A stretch of 64,000 nucleotides of DNA, taken from positions 81,344,001 through 81,408,000 of the forward strand of contig NC_042997.1 in assembly GCF_006345805.1 (NCBI RefSeq). The letters are read 5' to 3'. Below the pieces are notes generated by a model. It did no database searches and had not been told where the DNA came from. It worked only from the letters and a program-made list of their open reading frames with translations. The stretch's first letter is position 1; every line of letters begins with the position of its first letter. The position numbers and the translations under genes were made by a program. This DNA is from Octopus sinensis (Eukaryota). This document shows positions 49,386 to 63,559 of the stretch, piece by piece.

Positions 49386-50029
49386 AATGAAAGCTAGCAT
49401 ATGGCACAATTCATAATATTATATGGAAAAATGCAAGCATGAAAAGTAATATTCTTAAGATTATAAACCTGGAAAAGTACAGGACAAGTTATTACACCTG
49501 GAAAAGTATAGGACAAGCTATTACTTCTAGTAAAGTAAAGAATAAGAATCTTTTTACTTAAAATACTGCAGCAAAGAATGCCAGTTCTTCTAATTTATCA
49601 CTCTTCACAGTCCTCATCTTTTAAATTTATTGTACAAAACTGTTCAGCTAATTTGTAAGTTTGTCTAATTAGTCACTTTTTTCTGTATTTAAGGTTGTAA
49701 ATCAGCCAAATTCTACTTAAATAAGTATAGTGTTATTTGTAAACTATAATAAAATAATTTTTAATATTCAAATTTAATATTCAAATTTATAATATTCAAA
49801 TTAGGAACATAAAATATAACTAAGATTTGGTGGAAGATTTTTAAAACAAGACATTTGTACTACAGAGCAAGAGGTGGTTTCAGCTGGGTTGATATTGAAA
49901 GGTTGATAATGTGGAAGGAATATGATTACATTCTTTTTTAAACCACAGTGAGGCTTTATAAAATATCAGCATTTCTTTATACTGATGTCCTCATCACAAT
50001 TCCATAACAGCACAATTTTCTTTCTTGTA

Positions 50030-50960
50030 CACTACATGTGATTCTTCATATGCCCAATTCTTTTCTCAGCACATTTGTTCTTAATCATTCATGCACACTT
50101 ACTTTGCACATCCATTGGAATAAACTAGCTTTTTTTTTTTTTTCTAGTTTTCTCAGGTCTTCTTCATGTTGCATTTCCATGTACTTCACTGTTCTAATAC
50201 AAGCATCATTCAGTCTGAGGGAAAAAAGCATTTTTGCTAGCAGTGGTAGTAAATCCCTGGACTTTTCCAACCCATTCTTATCCTAGCTACTATGCTTCCA
50301 GAGCAAGCACCTCCCGACAAACTGTGTCTTCTAGGTAACAAAAGTTATTGACTACCTCTAGTGAGTCATCAGGCATTTAAGAAACTCTGTTTCTGGTGTG
50401 CTCAGAGTATGCTCCAGTGCATCTGTCACATGTAAAACTTTCTCTGTTAATTTGTCTGTGATTCTACTTCACCTCTTAAGTGTCCATAGCTTATATTAGG
50501 TACAGTGTATGGAGTTTATACCAAACTCTTTTCTGCATATTGAGCAAAGCCATTTCCTTATCTACCTACAAAAATCTTGTCTTTGCAAAGTTTACCTTGA
50601 GGCCTCCCAACCGCAGGTCTTACTACTATTCCTGGAAATTCCTCTCTGATTTCACCATATATCTATCAATTACACATGGTGAAAGTATGTATGTGACCAA
50701 GTAAGACCACATCTTAAACTCTTTTCATTCTAAGGAACACTTTTCATTTGGTTTCCTTAATGTTGATGATGTCTCATATGGCTCTTAAGGCCTGCAAGCT
50801 ACTTGCAAGTCATTCCATATTGATTGCAAGTTTGCTTACCAGCAGCAGCAGCAAGCCAACTATCTGGATATTGGGATTGATAATACTGTGTGAGTTCACG
50901 CCACAGGTTGACCTACATACTTTGTTACACAAGGTGCACATGAAATTGAACTAGACAGGT
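50030..50960 (-). mobile_element. RTE LINE RT C-terminal relic
   Basis: RDLLPLLAKMLFSLRL..ACIRT..EEDLRKLE..LFQWMCKV. Homologous to 52290-52465 joined to 53430-53650. Confidence 0.7.
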
Positions 50961-52289
50961 GTATTTCTGTGACTACATTTGATCTGCTTTAGAGAAGCAG
51001 ACATGCCACACTGGTCTTTTATACCCTTCTCAGGAAGAGGGTTTACATCTTCCATTTCTGTTCAGTCTTTTGTTCTCAAATTCTTTAACAGCAGAAATTG
51101 TCAGATTTCACCATAGATGCTTATCTGATGTGGGACTTTCCCAGTTGTTAGTATCAATATTGATATTTTTAAAAGAGAGAGAGATATACACATACACACA
51201 CACACACATGAGCACAGACACAGCTGTGTGATTGAGAAGTTCACTTCCCAACCATGTTGCTTTGGGTTCAGTCCTGCAGTGTGGGACTTTCAGCATGTAT
51301 TTTCTATAGCTCCAAGTGACCAAAACCTTGTTAGAAGATTAGGTAGCTAGTGTAAAAATCTTGTAATATATCATGGCAGTGTCCTAGCAGGACCACAGTC
51401 TCCAGATGAAACACAATAGAATAATAGAGTATGTGCCCGTGTGTGTGTGTGTGTTGTGTAAGGAATAGATTTTGTTTCAACAGCTGTGCTGAAGTTTTAT
51501 TTGTTTTACTAAGGATTTTTCCTATTTCCCTATTAGTCATTAAGATTTTGTTTAAAACAGTCAAGTTCCTACTTCTATTGATGTTTATAGCTTTTACAGT
51601 CTTATCTTTTGATGAATTGGATATTGACATGTGTTAGAGCTGTTTTAGAGTGTGCTATCTACTTTTGCAACAAGAAACCACTGTAACAAATTTACAATGT
51701 ATAGCTATTACATCACATAAAACAAAACCAGAAAATAATAATAGTTTATTTGTTGATAAGACACTCCTCTGATATAGAAATTGGAAGTTTATAAATTAAA
51801 ATACAATACAGCACTTATGAGTCATTTTAACTCTTTGATAGAGCATTCTAATAACAAATAATGATCACTTTCTAATTACTGAAAAACATTTAGTCAAAAT
51901 TTCAAATAATCACCACAACTTCAATCTGATGATTGCTGTCTAATATACAAACAGCACAACGCACATTACCAATGACCCACTTCATCTAGATCTGCTAACA
52001 TATGTGGTTATTTGACCTGATAAAAATGCCATTGACATTTCCTTAACTCTAAAATAAATGAAGGCTACGTTGGATGATAATTGTTCTGATTATATAAAAA
52101 TATGGTCTGGCACTCTTTGGATCATAGATCTGCTTGATCAGACCTGTTTTGAAGCGTGACTACAACTTCATCAAGAAGATAAGATAGGGAAAGTTCAGAA
52201 ACATCAACGGACTTAGCAAGTTTATTGTTCCAAACAAAATGTGAAGGCTAAATAAAGAAGAAAAATCTTTAATAACAATAACTTTTCCA

Positions 52290-53650
52290 GTTCATTCTTA
52301 TCCTAGCTACAATACTTTCAGAGCAATCCCACTCCCTGCCAATTATATCTCTTAGATAAGAAAAGCTACCAATTACTAGTGAGGCATTCAAGCATTTAAG
52401 AGAATTTATTTCCATGATATTCGCAGCATGTATTGCTTCAGTGCATCTATTACCTACGAAACTTATGTAGCGTATGCTAGAGGGAAATTCCTCTCTCTCT
52501 GTTATATATACATAAATATGGACGTAGTAGATAACAGCTAGCCATAGGCCACCCTTTTGGACCCTGTTGTGTCCACTACTCTGATTGGTTGGTATTGGTG
52601 CAACTTGTCTCTTGCTCTAATGCACTCCAATATGCAACCCAACCAATCACAGCCTTCTGATAAGGTCACATGAGACAGTCTCTTCTAAACCTCCGGTGGG
52701 CTGACTTCACCCTATAAAACTCTAGCTTCACATTGAGTCGAGGTCTTTCGGTTCCAAAGTCTAGCCACTGACCACACAAGACACAGCCAGTTCCAGTGAC
52801 AAAACAACAGCAGCCATGTGGAGAGTCACCAACTTTGTCCAACAGCATTCGGCAACCTCCATCTCTGTTGCCACCATTCGTCCCAACGTCAACATCTCTC
52901 TACGTACTCACACTGGTTACAATACTGCACTGTTCAAGAATTACTTCACCATGGATCAATAGTGAATATACAACCTGCAAGAACTCCTGTACCAAGTAAC
53001 CCAGGCAGCAGCATTACAGCCACAACTTCGTACAACACATACTGCTCCAGCTCTACATCATCACCGCAACTTCTTCATACAGCATTTCAACTATCGTGTA
53101 CATTGACTATGGACTGGTATTTATTATCTTTGTGTCTGAACATTCTTCTAACGTCATATTATAGACTCTTTCAATGCTCTGTACTTATCGCACATGCATA
53201 CATCCATGTTTGTACACACACACTTTGTTCCCATGACGGCCTGTCTTTTATTATTCATATATGATGCACACACATGTTAACATATAAATAAAATCTTCTC
53301 TTAAACATTCTACCCGGTTGTGTCTCTCTTTTCCTTCTGGCACATATATGCATTTATTCTTTTCATATTTATTGTATCCTCTGTGCAAAGGAGCCATTCT
53401 CATCACTTCACTTCGCATGGTCGTTTACACTTACTTTCTCTATTAGTCTGCCTATGATTCTACTACACCTCAAGTGCGTCCATAGCTTTCAATGGGTAAA
53501 TCATTTGGAGTTCAAACTTCTACATTTTTTTCTGCATATCAAACAAGATGATTTTCTTGAAGATACCAGGACCTTACTAAAATCTTTGTCTTTGCTAAGT
53601 TTATTTTGGGGACTCTCTATGCCTGAAATTTCCTTTTTAATTCCCCTATA
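52290..53650 (-). mobile_element. RTE relic split by a solo LTR
   Basis: The flanks are colinear with 50280-50660 once 52466-53433 is removed. Confidence 0.7.
52466..53429 (+). mobile_element. Solo LTR (964 bp), probably Ty3/gypsy
   Basis: TGTA...TACA termini, exact 4-bp target duplication CTTA (52462-52465 / 53430-53433), internal ccaatca, ctataaaa and aataaa motifs in LTR order. Confidence 0.85.
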
Positions 53651-53659
53651 GATTGAGCT

Positions 53660-54740
53660 ATGAGAACCTGATCATCAGCAAATAGGAGTTCCTAAAGAGA
53701 GCCAGTCTGAAACTTCTATGTGATTGCGTGTAGAATTATGCGGAATGGGAAAAAACTGATGACTAAACCTAGTCATGACTCCTACAGTCACATCAAATTC
53801 ACCACTGAAATCATTGTTGACTGTCATTTTACCTATTGCATCTTTGTATCTAGCTTGTACAGCCTTCATAAGTCATTTGTCTACACCTAGTTTCTTTAGT
53901 GCCAGCTAAATTACTGATTGTGGTACCTAGTAGAATGCTTTCTCCAAGTCAACAAATGTCAGGAATAGTGGTTTACTCTTAGCCAAGTATTTCTCCTGCT
54001 GGTACTTCACAAGGAAGATTTCATCATCTCTCAGCACTATTCTGCTGCTGTAACTAAATATAAGCAGAACTGCATACTTCATCTTTTCTCTAATATCACT
54101 CCTTCACCCATCTTAGTATCCATCATCATCCAGAACCATTTCACTATTATTCATCTTTCATTCTTAATACTGTCCTTTCCACCCACATTTTACATTCCTC
54201 ACTCTCCTGAGCCACCAAATTATCTCTCCTCCACCACCATTCATTTGGTTTATTCTATCTCCTTTCCTCCTTTTCCCCCACATTGTCTCTATTTCTCCCT
54301 GTTTACTGTATCATTATTATTACTATTATTCTGCTGTTCTTCACCATTCCAGCCCTTTTCCACACACTGTCATCTCCACTTCCCAGCCTTCTCTAACTCA
54401 TGTATCATTGCCACAATTCAAACTTTCTCAACCCTACCCAATTTCTACAGTTGTCACTTTCTTTTCTTCTTAACATTTTCTCAGCACTTGTTCATAATAC
54501 TCACCCTCTCAACTACTCCCTGTCTCTCACCATCTTATATACTCTTGCAACCTTTTCCCACTCATATTTCCTGTTGTTCTGTCCCTGCTTGCTTCCACTC
54601 ACTTCATAACTTGGTGGTTCACCCTGACACCTCATCACCCCTATTTTTTATTCTCTCTATCTCTCCACTCTCTCTTCTACAAAGTGAGTAGTGTGTAGCT
54701 GCCCTATAGCAAAAAATCTGTTCTGTTTTGACCCCTTCTC
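53660..54740 (-). mobile_element. RTE LINE RT relic
   Basis: KMTVNNDFSGEFDVTVGV, KPLFLTFVDLEKAF remnants. Confidence 0.7.
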
Positions 54741-55199
54741 TCTCAGCTTTAAACCCTTATCACATTGCATAAAACCACCCCACCTCTCTACTGCAACCTG
54801 CCTCAGTTGAAGGGAATCTTAGGTTTTGCAGGCTGCATGGTGACCTCACTAGTGCTGTTGCCATGAAAAAGAAGGCATCCAATACATACTGCAAGATGTT
54901 AGGAAAGGCAACCACTCATAGAAACTATGCCAAACCATAATGCAGCCTTTGGACCTGTCAGATCCTGTCAAACTGCCCAACCTATTCCAGCATGAAACAC
55001 GGACATTATAGGATGATGATGACATGTATGTATGTATGCATGCATGACTGTCTAGGATGAAACTTCCACATGGTTCTGGATTCAGTTCTACTGTGTGACA
55101 CCTTGGGCAAGTGTATTTTACAATAGCCTCAGACTGACCAAATCCTTGTGAGTGGATTTGGTAGAGGGAGACTGAAAGAAGCCCATCATATATATATAT

Positions 55200-55500
55200 T
55201 GTGAAGGCCCATGGCTTAGTGGTTAGAGTGTTGCACTCATGATTGCAAGGACATGGTTTTGATTCCAAGACCGGGTGTTGTGTCCTTGAGCAAAGCACTT
55301 CATTTCATATTGCTCTGCGATCATTTTGTCATCTGACATGTGGCACAGGGTTTACCTATACAGATGATGTTGAATTGATGGAAGGAGTGAGCTTATGTGA
55401 ACACAAACATTTGATCACTATAAACAAATCATTTGTGTGGTTGTTCAGGAAGAAATTGCCGAATCCTCATACTTTTTCTAATGACTGGAGAGTCCGCTAT
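55200..55500 (+). mobile_element. tRNA-derived SINE
   Basis: tggcttagtggttagagtg (A box), ggttttgattcc (B box), gtgtccttgagcaaagcactt central domain. Confidence 0.7.
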
Positions 55501-55529
55501 GTGTGTGTGTTTATGTTTGTCAATCTACC

Positions 55530-56697
55530 CTCACTCCAGTTTACAGATGATGGTTGTTCAGAAACTTCTGCAACACCCCCAGTTTCTGGCCTCCCAATTC
55601 CCCCAATTGTAATCCCATGGATTACTATGAGCAGGATGCGCTTGAGAAAGATACCTACCACTCTGCCTGTAACACCAAGGCTGTGCTGGTGGTCAAGCTC
55701 AAGGAGGTGTTTGAAAATCTCCCAAGAGACACAGTGAAGAATGCACATGTCAGGTTCCGGAGCCTTCTTGCAGCTATGGTGGAAGTTGAGGGTGGCTACT
55801 CTGAGTAAACTGTTATCTCCCAGCTACAATCTACTTGCATGGTGCAGAGTCCTGTTGCCAGACATAGGGTCTTCCAGCAGTTATCCTCTTGACCCAGGGC
55901 AGCACTACCTCCTCCAGGCCCTTGATGTAGGCCTCTGTGTTGAGTCTGAGGCTATGTGGGAAGATGAATGGAGGAATAACATCACCATCACTAGTGATCA
56001 TTCAAAACACCATGATGTTGACTGGATATTTGATTTTTTTTCACTCTTGGTACATGTTTTGGGGCGCAGCAAACCAACGGTTGTTCTGTGTGTTCACTAT
56101 CTGATTTTGGAAGAATTTTTTCTCGTCTGAAAAAAAACCAAAGCATGTTTGGTTGGAGGGGATGCTTGAGTTTGTTCAAGTTTCGTAGCGTGGTCTTCCC
56201 TGTTGTCCTTGATGGCTTGGGATAAAAATTGGCTCTTTCTCATTTTGTATGAGGAATACCTTATGTCTTCATGCACTACCTGCCTGATAAGAGACAGACG
56301 CTCCCATGTCCCTGGTGATGGACCTGATTAACTTGGAGGGATCATTGCCAATCATGGCCTGGATCTCACCAACAAATTCAGGAGTTTGTTTCTTATCGGA
56401 ACAATCAGAGTGAGTTTTCTGAGCTGCCGTACCTTCGTAACCACCATTAGATTCATCCAACTCTTTCTGAATCCTCTGCACTATCCTCAGATTGACATCC
56501 AAACACTCTGAAATGTTTGTATTGGGGCTTCCAGTGTGAATGCTAAGCAGTAGAGCATGTTTCCAAATTTCTGGCAGAGTGACTTGTATCATAGTGCTGT
56601 TTTTCTCCCAACTAACTCTACTATGCAGTGTAGTCAACAAAATCAAAAGCAAACAATGCACATGCATGAAATTAGTAATATAAAATGGCGGCCCTGT
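55530..56697. mobile_element. Rearranged Tc1/mariner-superfamily relic: plus-strand C-terminal piece followed by a minus-strand N-terminal/central piece
   Basis: Plus: FWPPNSPNCNPMDYY (55554-55808). Minus: KHALLLSIHTGSPNTNISECLDVNLRIVQRIQKELDES (HTH, 56269-56667). TIR-like end ..aaatggcggccctg. Confidence 0.75.
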
Positions 56698-57229
56698 GTG
56701 TGTGTGTGTGTATGTGCACGCGCGCGCACATGTGTATTTTGATTCTTCAGCTTGTACCAGGTTTTGACTTACAATTCACAAAAGATAAAATAAATGTTAC
56801 ATGTTAAGATTATTTGTTATTCATTGAATAATATTTCAGGATTGCATTTCCTGATATTTTGAGCAGTTAGTTGTAGGTTGTAAACAATATGGTAAATAAC
56901 CAGGTGGGTTTGACCTTAAAGAAGTGGGGACAGACAAAGAAAACAGTTCAACTTAAAGTTTATAGTTGCAATTCTAACATACTCATTTAGCAGAGAAGTA
57001 TGTATATGATTTGGTCATTGCAGTTGACATTTCGTTTAATATGGCTGTTATTGCTGTTGCTGCTACTACTACTGTTGCTGCTTTAGCCCTTTTTGTAAGT
57101 CTGCTCCACCTCCTCATCATCCTCATCGTCGTCATTGTCATCATCACCATCATCATCATGAGTAGCACCACAACCATCACTGCTGCAACAACATCACTGC
57201 CATCTTCCCCACTACAAGTGGTGTCACCA

Positions 57230-57350
57230 CCACCACTGCCACCACCACCACCTCCACCACCTCCACCACCACCACCACCACCACCACCACCACCACTACC
57301 ACTGCTAGCACCACCACCACTGCTGCCACCACCACCGCTATCACTATTGT
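57230..57350. repeat. (CCA)n microsatellite
   Basis: Direct reading. Confidence 0.9.
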
Positions 57351-57788
57351 TTTAAGGTTTGTTTTATCATATTTGTATGAGTTAGATGGATTTGCACCAA
57401 GCATAAAACACCATTCTTCAGAATCCAATGTTATTCTGCCTGACAGACCTTCAAGTAGATTATGTGTCCTCAATGTTATTTCCAAATAGACTATTTGGTT
57501 TGCTCCTTTCTTTGAATTCTTCTTTCCTTCTGACATCATATGAAAGTCAGAACATCACCAGACAGCTACTATTGTTATCATTGCTGCTACTTTTGCTTGT
57601 ACTGTTTGCATTGTAGTTTAGAACAGAATGTTTGAAATGTCAATGGTTACCATATACAGAGCAATTGGTTCTACTGTCTGTTTCCCATATCCAATATGAA
57701 ACTTCTCTCCACTGAGTCTATTATGAAAAATATGGACCTGTTAAGCATTTTGTCTGGCATGCTAACAAATCTGCCAGCCTACTGCCTC

Positions 57789-57922
<134 letters not shown>

Positions 57923-58184
57923 TTTCAAATTTTGCCACAAGGGCAGCAGTTTTAGGGGAGGGGATGAGTTGATTACATCGATCCCAGTGTTCAACTGGTA
58001 CTTATTTAGCAACCCCGAAAGGATGAAAGGCAAAGTCGACCTCAGTGGAATTTGAACTCAGAACATAGCAATGGGCAAAATACTGCTAAGCATTTCGTCC
58101 AGTGTGCCAATGATTCTGCCAGCTTGCTACCTTGAGAGAGATGATGATGGTGATGATGATAAAAATAATAATAGTAATAATAGT

Positions 58185-61100
58185 TTCTTTTATTTGCCAC
58201 CATGGTGAAGGATGAGGGGAACAATACAAGGACAGACATAAAGTTTGGGGGCTTACTTATAATGGAATGATATACAACAACAAAAATTTTTAACTATGCA
58301 CAGTATACATTAAAGGAAGTGAAGTATACATAATATAAGCAATAAGGAAAAAAATTGTGATGGGGTCTTCCTGTATCAGAAGGACCTCTAGGGATAATCA
58401 AGAAATCTCACCATCCAAAGATCACCCTGAATATCATGGACAAATACTTTTCCCAACTCCTTTCCTCCAACTCATAGGTCTACACTGAAAGTGGTAACAT
58501 CTACTCTTGCCATTTCCACAACTTGCACCCACTTTTTCATAAATTCACTTGAGGACAGCACCTCCCTCTCCACCCTTACATTCCTTTTCAAGTGAAACTT
58601 GAAAAAGTCAATGAGGGCTTTACCAAAGAGGAATATGTCTGTCTTCATTCCTTTCAGCCTTGTCCACCAGACAACCTCTTTTGCTACTGCAACCAGGCAA
58701 TGGAACACTGCCTTGCCTGCCCAATCAAAGGAGGGTGGCGGGGTAATCATCACTATGGACTCAGATGACAATTTAATCCATCCTACATATGACAGCACCT
58801 GTTTGACTTAACTCCACAAGTCAGCAATTGCTGGACACTGAACGAGTGCATGCAGAACCATTTTGTCACTCTGCGCACACCTTGGACAAGCCCATCTGAC
58901 AGTACATCTGTGCCTGTAGAGTTTATCTCAAACCAGTAGCATCCCCCCACCCCCAATGGCACTGCCAAACCAAAGACATTTTGAAAGTCCTCTGGAACAG
59001 ATTAGTCAGTTTATTTTCATCAATGCCCAGAGTCCCCCCTAGGACGTTGTCACACATTCCTGCCACTAATCTTCTATAAATAGCCAAGGTGGAACATCCA
59101 CCAATCCTATTGTCTGATTGGTAGAGGACAGTGAGTGCCTGACAACATTCTAAGTCCCAGGTGCCCAATCTTGATCTATCCTTCACCCAGGACTGCAGCT
59201 CCATCAAAGAAATGAGTTGCAGAAATATGTACCTCACAAATGGAGCCCACACATGTTCACCTTCTAAAAATCATTGCAGGTGGTGTAACCTAAGCGCACA
59301 TCTGCATATCAAAAGCCATGGCATGCCTAAGCCGCTACTCAGAGGGAGCTGACAGCAGATTGACCACTTGAAGACTTGAAAGGGGCCTTTCCACAAGAAC
59401 ATGAACAAGAGACACTTCAACTTGATCAAACAATAACTGGGGCAAGGCACGACAATCAGATGATAAATGATAATGGAAGTGATGTAGGCATTCGCTCCCA
59501 CTGCCCGACCTTTCAAGAACAGCTTCCTCTCATCCCATTTCAACTGGCCACCCTGCTTTTTCACCTTGTCCCAGTTCTTATCCACATGGAATTCGGGACC
59601 AAACCAGACTCCAAGCAGTTTAGCTGGTCTGTCAGTCCAGTGTTTGACAATGCCGTCTGATGGAATCAACCTGCTTTTCCAGATGCCCAGTCGCAAGCCC
59701 ACCAACTTCTCAGTGTTGATTTTAGCCCCTGCAAATGACTCATATTCTTCTAGAATGGAACTGACTGTCTCCACTTCAGAGGTATCCAACACCATGAAGG
59801 TGATGCATGATGCTGCTCTCCTGAGTTCTACATCACCATGACGGTGATGTATGGCACTGCAGACACTGCCCTTCCGAGTTCTAGTTTAAAACAGATGTCC
59901 CTCAATTATTCCAACTTCCATGGCAGTGGCTCGAGAGCTAGTGCATACAGAAGAGGTGACAGCAGGCAGCCCTGATGGACTGAACAGGTGATGCTAAATA
60001 GTTCTGATAGGTGGCTATTTACTTTGACCACCGAGCAGGTGCCACTTCTGAAAACAGGTCCGAAACTGGCTGCTTTGAGGACAGCTTCCTGGTAGCGATG
60101 ATCGACTATATTGAATGTTTTTGATTGATCCAAATTGATCAGGGCCCCACTGAAGCCAGCTTTAGTTCATACCCTCTCTATGATGTTTTGCATAAGGTGG
60201 AGGTTGTTGTGGATAGATCTGTCTGGGATTACCAACAATAATTGCCAACCTTTTCATTTGGCCAAAATCTTAAACTCTGTGTTTAAATTCCCTAGTCTGT
60301 CCCCATTGTCGGTGTCCTTCTTCAGTAGTGTCACCACAGCCCGACTAACAGCACTGGTAATTCTTCCATTCTGTTGCCAGTTGTGGTAAACGTCTGCCAA
60401 GAGATTACCAAACAAATCTGGCATAAATATATAGAATGCATTGGGTAGACCATCTAAACTTGGTGATTTGTAACTTGTACAATCACTCATTGCCTCTTGT
60501 ATTTCAGTGGCTGTTATCAGCTTTTCACAGAACCTCACATCTGCTGCCAAGTGTCATGGCAGGCCATCTAGGTACAAATTAAAGTCTGCTACTATCATTG
60601 ACCCATTGCTCCCTCCAAACAGTTGCATGAAGTGTTGCTGAAAAGCCACACACATTTGCTCCGAACTGTTATAGTTTGCTGATCTGTTAAAGACCAGATC
60701 ATAGATTTGTTGTCATGTTGCATCTCCACTGTTCAAGCCCATTGGATGGCTTTAGTTCCCTCATGTTTTAGCACTCAGGCCTTAGCTCTGACAACACAAC
60801 CTTCGTGTTTCATCTCAAGAGCCATTCTCACCACTAGCATGTCAGTCATGATACCTTTACTAATTGCTAACTAGTTTGCTAACTAGTTCTCCCTCTAATC
60901 TGTTTCTTTCTATTGCTAACTTTTTGCTAAACTCTATTGATTCTGCTCTAATTGCCCTCTTCAGGGCTATCCACCACCAGTTGTTAATGATTGTCCCCAT
61001 CAACTGCCACTTAACTAGTTCACTAATTTGGTCCCTGTAGTCTTTGGATTCTGGAAAGGATGCATTCAACTTCCAGTAACTGGGTCCCTGTATATGCATC

Positions 61101-61570
61101 CTATCTAAATTGACTGTGTAGATCACAAATTAGTGGTCTGTGTATCTGACCAATTTTAATTGTGGACACCCCATATTATCCTTATCCGCTGACCTAACAA
61201 ATATTTTATTTAGATATGATCTGGATGACTCATTGTGATTGCTTCATGTCCACACTGGCACGTCAGGGAAATCCAATTGACATCTGTCAGAAATCTGGAA
61301 GTTTCTGACCAGATTTTTGAGGCTTTCACACCTCTTTCTTCTATGTACTAAACCCACACAGTCCTTCCACACGTCCAAAATACTATTCCAGTCCCCTACT
61401 TGTACTAAAGTGTGAGGTGTTCCCAGGAATGTTTCTAGACGCCTGAAAAAATCTGGCCTCCAGCCCCTGCCAGAGCATACACAGCAACCAATCTAAAGGT
61501 ACCACCTTCACTGCCATTCAAATCTAGGACCACCAACCTACCATCTGGGTCCAAGAAGATTGCTCTTACT
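58185..61570 (-). mobile_element. L1/Tx1-clade LINE relic (EN, RT, C-terminus, 3' UTR)
   Basis: DPDGRLVVLD and GDWNSILD, SYWKLNAS (EN); KSPSLDGLP, DQSKTFNIVDH, SVHQGCLLSPLLYALALEPL, KINTEK and LLGVWFG (RT). aataaa plus (att)n tail near 58185. A related 3' UTR fragment lies at ~62760-63000. Confidence 0.9.
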
Positions 61571-61756
61571 TTGAGACCTAAGGATTTTCAGAACAACATT
61601 GCTACATTGCTGCTTGCTCCCGACAGAACACAGGACAATGCAAGCAAAATACTTGTTGAATAAAATTTTGAATGAATGGGTTGCAACCAGTCAAAACACT
61701 TGATTAAACACAAATTATGGAGCTCCAACTTAGTACTTCTTCCCAGTATGGTGGCC

Positions 61757-61757
<1 letters not shown>

Positions 61758-61852
<95 letters not shown>

Positions 61853-61862
61853 ACAATAATAA
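61758..61862. repeat. (TAA)n(TAG)n compound microsatellite
   Basis: Direct reading. Confidence 0.95.
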
Positions 61863-62249
61863 TGATGAGCACTCAGAGAGTGCAAACCTTCACCAAGGCA
61901 ACACCAATGTCCTCTCAACGATTAGCCAGAGATGATTTTTAAAATATGCAGGGAAACATCATAGCCACGTGTTGAGAGGGATTCTTTGGAGTCTGAACCA
62001 TTCACCTCTGGAAACATGGGTATTTCATTCAACATCCTTAAACAACCCTTATTCAAGGACCTTTTGAGCAAAATGAGCTATTCAACCTGAAGAAAATTCC
62101 AACTAGGCACCATTCGCAAGGTCATGTTGCACACATGTGCCTCATGTACCTTTATCAGACAGGTGGTCATGATAGGTATACTGGGCTTTGCATATTTGTA
62201 TGCCAGTGTCACTTTGATGGCATGCATTGCTCCCTCACTCAATAATAAT

Positions 62250-62740
62250 AATTTCAAATTTTGGCACAAGGTTAGCAATTTTGAGGGAGTGGGTAAATTG
62301 ATTACATTGACCCCAGTACTCACCTGGTACCTATTTCATCAGCCGCTAAAGGATGAAAGGCAAAGTTGAATATGATGGAATTTGAACTCAGAATATAATG
62401 ACATGAAATGCCACTAAGCATTTTCCCCAGTGTGCTAATGATTCTGCCAGCTCACTGCCTTAATAATAAGATTAATAATAATAATTTGTTTTAGGCACAA
62501 GGCCAGCACTTTTGAGGGGAAGGAGTTAGTTAATTCCATGGACCCTAGTGCTTGATTGGTACTTTATTTATTCAACCCACTCAAAGGCTAACATCCACAT
62601 TGGCTTCAGTACTTGACCAATACTTTATTTTATTGACCCTAAAAGAAGAAAGGCAAAGTTGACTTCGATGCGATTTGAAATCAGAAACAGAAAAATATTC
62701 CAATGCATTTTTTCTGATACTCTAACAATTTTGCCTATTC
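62250..62740 (-). mobile_element. Family B SINE copies
   Basis: aaggatgaaaggcaaagttg..gaatttgaactcagaat..ctaagcattt blocks occur twice. Confidence 0.7.
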
Positions 62741-63559
62741 TTCACCTTAATATTTTTCATCCCTTTATTTGCCACAAGATCACAGATGATGGGACATTAC
62801 AAGGATAGTGGTGTTTTACATAGAATCCAATATGGAAAAAATAAACAATCATAAAAACCCAAAGAAAAAGATAGGAAAAAATTGAAATGTTCCAAAGAGG
62901 GACAGCTACCTAAGATCAAATAAGAAACCTCATAGATCCTGGATTGCCCTTACTACCAAGGGCAAGTACTCTCTCCCAGTTATGTTCTCTGGCCTACAAA
63001 TCATACTAAGAATTGGTCTTTACTATTTTCATGCATCTTTTAACAAATTTACTGGAGAGTAGTGTACTTCCCTTTACTCTCACATTTCTCTAGAAGTGGG
63101 ACATGAAGAAGTTAAGGAGAGCTTGCTTGATAAGGAAAGTATTTTTCCTCAACCTTTTTAATGTTGATCACTATACAACCTCTTCATAGAGAGGGTATAG
63201 TCAATAGACTCATCTTCAGTGTATTTGTTTCATTAACTTTAAATAAATTGAAGTTAGAGTATAAAAGAATGGAAATGAACAGAGTAGTAAGGTGTTTAAT
63301 TTTGGGTGGTTCTATTATTTCTGTCAGTTCAACTTAACTAAGAAGAAGAAGAGAGAGAGTGTAAACAATGATGTATGGTTAAGAAGGTTGTTTCACAATC
63401 ATGTGGTTTTAAGTTTAGTACCTTTCACATGGCAGTTTCAGCAAATATCATCTATCATAGCCTTATTTTGACCAATAACTTACAACTGGAATTTGGTAGA
63501 GAGAAACTGTGCAGATGCCTGTTATGTATCTGTGTGTGTGTAAATAAAACAGATAAGTA

